Shown here: in pieces, positions 35,833 to 40,000 of the stretch
Position numbering within the stretch: position 1 is the stretch's first letter
Layout of the letters: the number at the start of each line of letters is the position of its first letter
Origin: an uncultured phage cr11_1
DNA: 40,000 nt
Reading direction: 5' to 3' (one strand)
Sequence record: MT774383.1
Program-made: the position numbers and the translations under genes
Notes under the pieces: generated by a model
What the model was told of the DNA's origin: nothing
Databases searched by the model: none
The model's input: the letters and a program-made list of their open reading frames with translations, nothing else

Positions 35833-38800
35833 ATGGATGTACTAAAGTTTTTGAGAGAGGGAAATAAAGTTCCTAATCCTGAATATAATCCTAAAACTAA
35901 AAAGGGGGCTACACAGCCCCCATTCTTTGTTAATACAGACCCTGATGCTGATGCAAAAAATAGACTTCTTAGTGTTATTGCAGAGGGTCGTAGTTATCGT
36001 AATGCTCCTATTAATCTTAATCCAGATGAGTATGCTCCGTATAATGTATTTGTAAATAATATTGATACTCAAGAAGAACTTGATAAAGAACGTGCTACTA
36101 ATCAAAGCGAATTTATGCAAGCAATAAATAGTGGTGGTCGTACTCTTAATCAATTAACTGTTGGTACTGTTTTAGGAGCTGCTGATTTAGCATCTGTAAT
36201 TGTTGACGCTATGGACAAAGACGGTTTTAATTATGAAAGACCGAAAGTTGTTCAAGCTATATCTGATTTTAAAGATGCTATTGATAAAAGAATGCCTATT
36301 TATAGAGAAAATTCTAATTCTGCTTTTGATGTTACTGATGTTGCTTGGTGGGGAGAAATGATTCCATCTATTGTTACAAGTGTTAGTTTAGCTGTTCCTG
36401 GCTATGGAGTTTCTAAAGCAGCTTCTATGTTAGGAAAAATTCCTTCTCTTAATAGAATGACAACCAAAGCCGCTAATATTCTCAAACTTACTCAAAAAAC
36501 TCGTGATATTATTAGTACCGGAGCAAGTATGACTACTAACGGTGCTACAATGAGATTACTTGAAAATTATCAAGAAGCTGTTCAAACCAAAGATGATGCT
36601 AAACAATTTGCTAATCAACAATTGGCTTCAATGAATGATGAGCAACGTGCTACTTTTATAAAAAATAATCCTCAATATACTGATAAGTCTGATGAAGAAA
36701 TTGCAGAAAATATTGCAACTAATGCCGCTGGAGAAACATTTGCTACTGATTGGCTTAATTTAGGTTTTGATATTGCTCAATTATATGGACTAAGAAATCT
36801 TGTTAAATCTTCTCTTGTTCTTAGCAAAAGTAGTAAACTTCGTAATCTTAATAATAAAGCTGCAAAACAATTTGGTATGACTGCCGATGAAATTGCAGCT
36901 TCTAATGCCGCAAGTTTAACTAAACTTGAAAAAGCTCGTACTTTAGTAAACAATCTTGGCTATGATATTGTTCACGGTGCTCGTAATGAATGGACTGAGG
37001 GAGTTGAAGAAGCTATAAACTATATAGCTCAAAATAAAGGTATGGAACTTGCTAAACTTGCTTTTGATAAAAATACTGATACTAAAACTTTAGGAGATTA
37101 TCTTTCTGATGCTCACATGTGGGAAAGTGCTTTTTGGGGTGTTTTAGGCGGTGTTGCTTTTACCGGAATAGCTGGCAAAGCTGGAGAAATTTATAATCGT
37201 AAATTTAATAAAGAATTTGTTGCTGGTGAAAAACAACGTGAACAAGAAATAACTAATCGTGCTCTTCTTGCTCAACAATATCAAGAACAAATGTCTGCAA
37301 TTAATAACAATAAAAACCCGTTTAATGTAGACAAAAAAGGAGAAGCTACTGAAATTCAAAGTGAATCTGAAAAAGAACTTCTTAAAGATATTGCTCGTAA
37401 GAATTATACTTCTGCTTTAGCTATTAATGCTATTAATACAGGTAATATGGATTTTCTTGAAACCTATATTGATAGTGACGAACTTCGTACTGGTTATGCC
37501 AAAAAGTTTGGTCTTAGTAATGAAGAAGCTACTAAATTTCAACAACAAGTTAAGAATGATATAAAACAAACTAAAGATTTATATCTTAATTCTGTTAATA
37601 AAGCTCTTAAGTTTGGTGCTTCTATGAATGTTGCACAAATAATTGCTAAACAACATATTGATGCCAATAATACAAATGAATACAATAAGCAAATTAATCA
37701 ATATGCTGAAAATCTTTTCAATGAAAAAGTTGCTTCTAATCAAAATATTAATCCTGAATATTTCGCTGCTGTTGAAAATTTAGCTTATGTTAATAAACTT
37801 ACTACTCTTCGTAATCATAAATCTTTGCTTCAAGCTTCTGAACAGAATGATGATACTCGAAATATGATTGAGCAAATAGATAATGAAATTGCTTATCTTG
37901 AAAATAACGCTCCTGCTGGATATGATTTTAATGATAAAGAAAATGAAGCTAAAGCTAAAGAATTTAGAGAAAAATATTCAGAAGAATATAATATTGCTTA
38001 TAATAAATATAGAACTAATCTTAATACTAAGTTAGATAGAGCAAATGCTCGTGATACCGATGCTGATTTTAAAAAGCAAGTTAATCATTATATGAATGTT
38101 TTTGATGAATCTCGTAGAAAGATTATCAACAACGCTCTTGAAGAATATGGTCAACTTTATGATAAATATGGTGATAATATTAATGACGAAAACGCTATTG
38201 AAGATGCAGATAAAAAGAAACTTGATACTTTGAAAAAAGTATTTGTTGCTTCTGATATTAGTGATTCGAGAATTAATAATTTTATTAATAATAAAAAGAA
38301 AAAGAAAGAAGCTGCTGACGAATATAGAGAAACTGCTGATGATGTAGTAGAAGAAAATATTGGAGAAGAAACTGATGCTGATGCTGCTGTTGATAACACC
38401 TCTAAAGAAGAAAAAAAGGGTAAGACTGAACCAAACCAATCCTCTACGGGGGGTCTGAAAGAAGCGATTAATGAAGCGGCTGGAACTACTGAATCTACTG
38501 AAACTACTGCTGCTACTGAACAACCGCCTGCTGGTCAAACTACTGCTGAATCTGCCGAAACAGAAGTTCCTGTCGATAATGAAAATGGACAAGAAACACC
38601 CCCCGTAGAGGATAAAACTGATGAGCCTGCTACTGCTCAAAAAGTTTGGGATGACTTTGCTGTTAACGATTTTGCTCTTGAATGGATTGGTATTAATATT
38701 CCCGATATTATTACTGAAAATGCTGAAACTATAATGGCATATTATGATAAATATATTCATGACGCTATCGCAAATGGCATTGATAAAGAAACTGCTGATG

Positions 38801-40000
38801 TAGTTTGGTATAGTATTATGAATGGTCTTTATGGAGACGAACTTGCTTATGATAATCAAGGAACTCGAAACAGTGCTATTAACGATAATGATAAAACTAT
38901 GTTGCGCGCAGCAATGCTTGCAATAATGAATCGTAGAATTGGTAATCGTGGTAATATAGAAAATGTTATTAAACGATTTGTAGAAACCGCTAATGAAAAT
39001 GGCATTACTTATGGAGTTGATATTGATGGCAAGACTTATTTTAATATAGAAGATTTAGTTTCTTATATTTATGATATGTCTAATGTAGATGTTATTGCTC
39101 AATATCTATTTGACGAAATAAGTAAATATATTCTTAGCGATGATAATACTAAATATGTTGCTACTGATGATGAATCAATGACAATGCTTAATCGTGAAGC
39201 TAAAGCTAATCGTATTAAACGTTATGCTGAAATTCGAGCTAATTGGTTAATAACTAATCCATTTAATAATATTAATGTTGATGGTATCAATACTAATGAA
39301 GAACAATATGTAAATATTACTCAACTACAACCTGGTGAAGAACTTATTGGTAAAGCAAGTAATGGTCGTATTTATATAGGTCGTAAGAATGGAGCAACTA
39401 TTGGTTATATGGGTATTCCTCGTTATGATGAAAATACAGGAATGCTTAGTCATGTTAATCGTGGTTGGAAATATGATATTATTGTTGATAGTAATTCTGG
39501 TGTTCAATGTAAGTTTAAAGATTATGTTTTAGATATTATTAATAACAAAAAAGATGTTGTTGCTAAATCTGTAAAACTTAATCAACTTATATATCAACTT
39601 AATAGTAGAGGTGAAGATGTTAGAAATAACGAAGAAGTTAAACAACTTATAAAAGAATTGCTTCCGCTTATTGATAACAAAGAACTTGCTATTTATAATG
39701 AAAAAGATGATGACGCTATTTTTGATTTAGTAAAACATTTTACTGATATTGTTGGAGTTGCTATTATGCATCCCGATGATATTGTTGGAAACGTAAATAA
39801 TTGGTTTGATAAAATTGCTGGTAGTTTTGTTCAAACTTATGAATTTGCCCGTAATAAAACAAAGGGAACTTTTAGAGTTTCTGATGTTAGTAAAGGTAAT
39901 ATAGTTTTGAAAGATATTGCTGATAATGATATTCGCGAAGTATTTGATGGTTATAACGAAGATAAAGTAAAACTTGCTACTGTAACAAGTGCTGCTGGTA
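35833..40000 (+). CDS. Very large internal/cargo-like virion protein, 3' truncated at window edge
   Basis: ATG 35833 (MDVLKFLREGNKVPNPEYNPKT...). Frame spot-checked open at 36001, 38440, 39001 and 39961. Absent from the supplied track, probably because it has no stop in the window. Confidence 0.7.
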   Translation, partial: MDVLKFLREGNKVPNPEYNPKTKKGATQPPFFVNTDPDADAKNRLLSVIAEGRSYRNAPINLNPDEYAPYNVFVNNIDTQEELDKERATNQSEFMQAINSGGRTLNQLTVGTVLGAADLASVIVDAMDKDGFNYERPKVVQAISDFKDAIDKRMPIYRENSNSAFDVTDVAWWGEMIPSIVTSVSLAVPGYGVSKAASMLGKIPSLNRMTTKAANILKLTQKTRDIISTGASMTTNGATMRLLENYQEAVQTKDDAKQFANQQLASMNDEQRATFIKNNPQYTDKSDEEIAENIATNAAGETFATDWLNLGFDIAQLYGLRNLVKSSLVLSKSSKLRNLNNKAAKQFGMTADEIAASNAASLTKLEKARTLVNNLGYDIVHGARNEWTEGVEEAINYIAQNKGMELAKLAFDKNTDTKTLGDYLSDAHMWESAFWGVLGGVAFTGIAGKAGEIYNRKFNKEFVAGEKQREQEITNRALLAQQYQEQMSAINNNKNPFNVDKKGEATEIQSESEKELLKDIARKNYTSALAINAINTGNMDFLETYIDSDELRTGYAKKFGLSNEEATKFQQQVKNDIKQTKDLYLNSVNKALKFGASMNVAQIIAKQHIDANNTNEYNKQINQYAENLFNEKVASNQNINPEYFAAVENLAYVNKLTTLRNHKSLLQASEQNDDTRNMIEQIDNEIAYLENNAPAGYDFNDKENEAKAKEFREKYSEEYNIAYNKYRTNLNTKLDRANARDTDADFKKQVNHYMNVFDESRRKIINNALEEYGQLYDKYGDNINDENAIEDADKKKLDTLKKVFVASDISDSRINNFINNKKKKKEAADEYRETADDVVEENIGEETDADAAVDNTSKEEKKGKTEPNQSSTGGLKEAINEAAGTTESTETTAATEQPPAGQTTAESAETEVPVDNENGQETPPVEDKTDEPATAQKVWDDFAVNDFALEWIGINIPDIITENAETIMAYYDKYIHDAIANGIDKETADVVWYSIMNGLYGDELAYDNQGTRNSAINDNDKTMLRAAMLAIMNRRIGNRGNIENVIKRFVETANENGITYGVDIDGKTYFNIEDLVSYIYDMSNVDVIAQYLFDEISKYILSDDNTKYVATDDESMTMLNREAKANRIKRYAEIRANWLITNPFNNINVDGINTNEEQYVNITQLQPGEELIGKASNGRIYIGRKNGATIGYMGIPRYDENTGMLSHVNRGWKYDIIVDSNSGVQCKFKDYVLDIINNKKDVVAKSVKLNQLIYQLNSRGEDVRNNEEVKQLIKELLPLIDNKELAIYNEKDDDAIFDLVKHFTDIVGVAIMHPDDIVGNVNNWFDKIAGSFVQTYEFARNKTKGTFRVSDVSKGNIVLKDIADNDIREVFDGYNEDKVKLATVTSAAG
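35904..35921. repeat. Perfect 7-bp GC hairpin near the start of the 35833 gene
   Basis: GGGGGCT-acac-AGCCCCC. Confidence 0.8.
38439..38456 (+). repeat. GC-rich dispersed motif copy 13: ATCCTCTACGGGGGGTCT
   Basis: Identical over 18 nt to the copy at 876-893. Confidence 0.9.
38596..38613 (-). repeat. GC-rich dispersed motif copy 14: ATCCTCTACGGGGGGTGT
   Basis: Reverse complement of ACACCCCCCGTAGAGGAT. Confidence 0.9.

Noticed and set aside
876-38613. Interpreting the GC-rich motif copies as a CRISPR array
   Set aside because: Spacings are irregular, orientation is mixed, most copies are inside coding sequence and there are no unit-length spacers or adjacent cas-like genes.
38032-38859. 275-aa minus-strand ORF opposite the giant 3' gene
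   Set aside because: It is mirrored from charged and low-complexity sense sequence (runs of S/F). The sense frame is continuous and part of a >1389-codon ORF.
1-40000. Stop-codon reassignment, as reported in some crAss-like lineages
   Set aside because: TAA, TGA and TAG all appear as natural gene ends with tightly spaced downstream starts, and full-length genes read without internal stops. The standard code explains this window.
1-40000. Classical defence systems, integrases or transposases
   Set aside because: No ORF in the window shows recognisable motifs for these. The content is consistent with a virion structural and lysis region.

Overview
The window looks like the structural module of a crAss-like (Crassvirales) Bacteroidetes podophage. 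It is low GC, uses the standard code, and is almost fully coding on the + strand. The gene order is portal C-terminus, scaffold-like protein, major capsid protein, head/neck proteins, a multi-BACON-domain protein, fiber proteins with LSAxQGKxLND repeats, small membrane/holin-like proteins, a membrane HExxH protein, a head-fiber domain protein, an SGNH-hydrolase fiber, ring/tail proteins, a very large tail protein, and several large alanine- or helix-rich virion ('cargo'-like) proteins. The last of these runs off the right edge. The main anomaly is a dispersed GC-rich nucleotide motif, consensus about ATCCTCTACGGGGGGTST. I count 14 recognisable copies plus one degenerate copy, on both strands, in unrelated genes and in intergenic gaps. 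It is read in more than one frame, which argues for a DNA- or RNA-level function rather than a protein motif. Copies often form inverted, mutually complementary pairs with spacings of about 17-370 nt. Other signals are a two-copy ~97-nt intergenic element (17395 and 30183), a candidate structured non-coding region at 1172-1328, a long imperfect hairpin at 16235-16344, a G9 tract early in one gene, several intrinsic-terminator-like hairpins, and an HExxH membrane protein beside holin-like genes. All family assignments come from reading the sequence; no database search was run.
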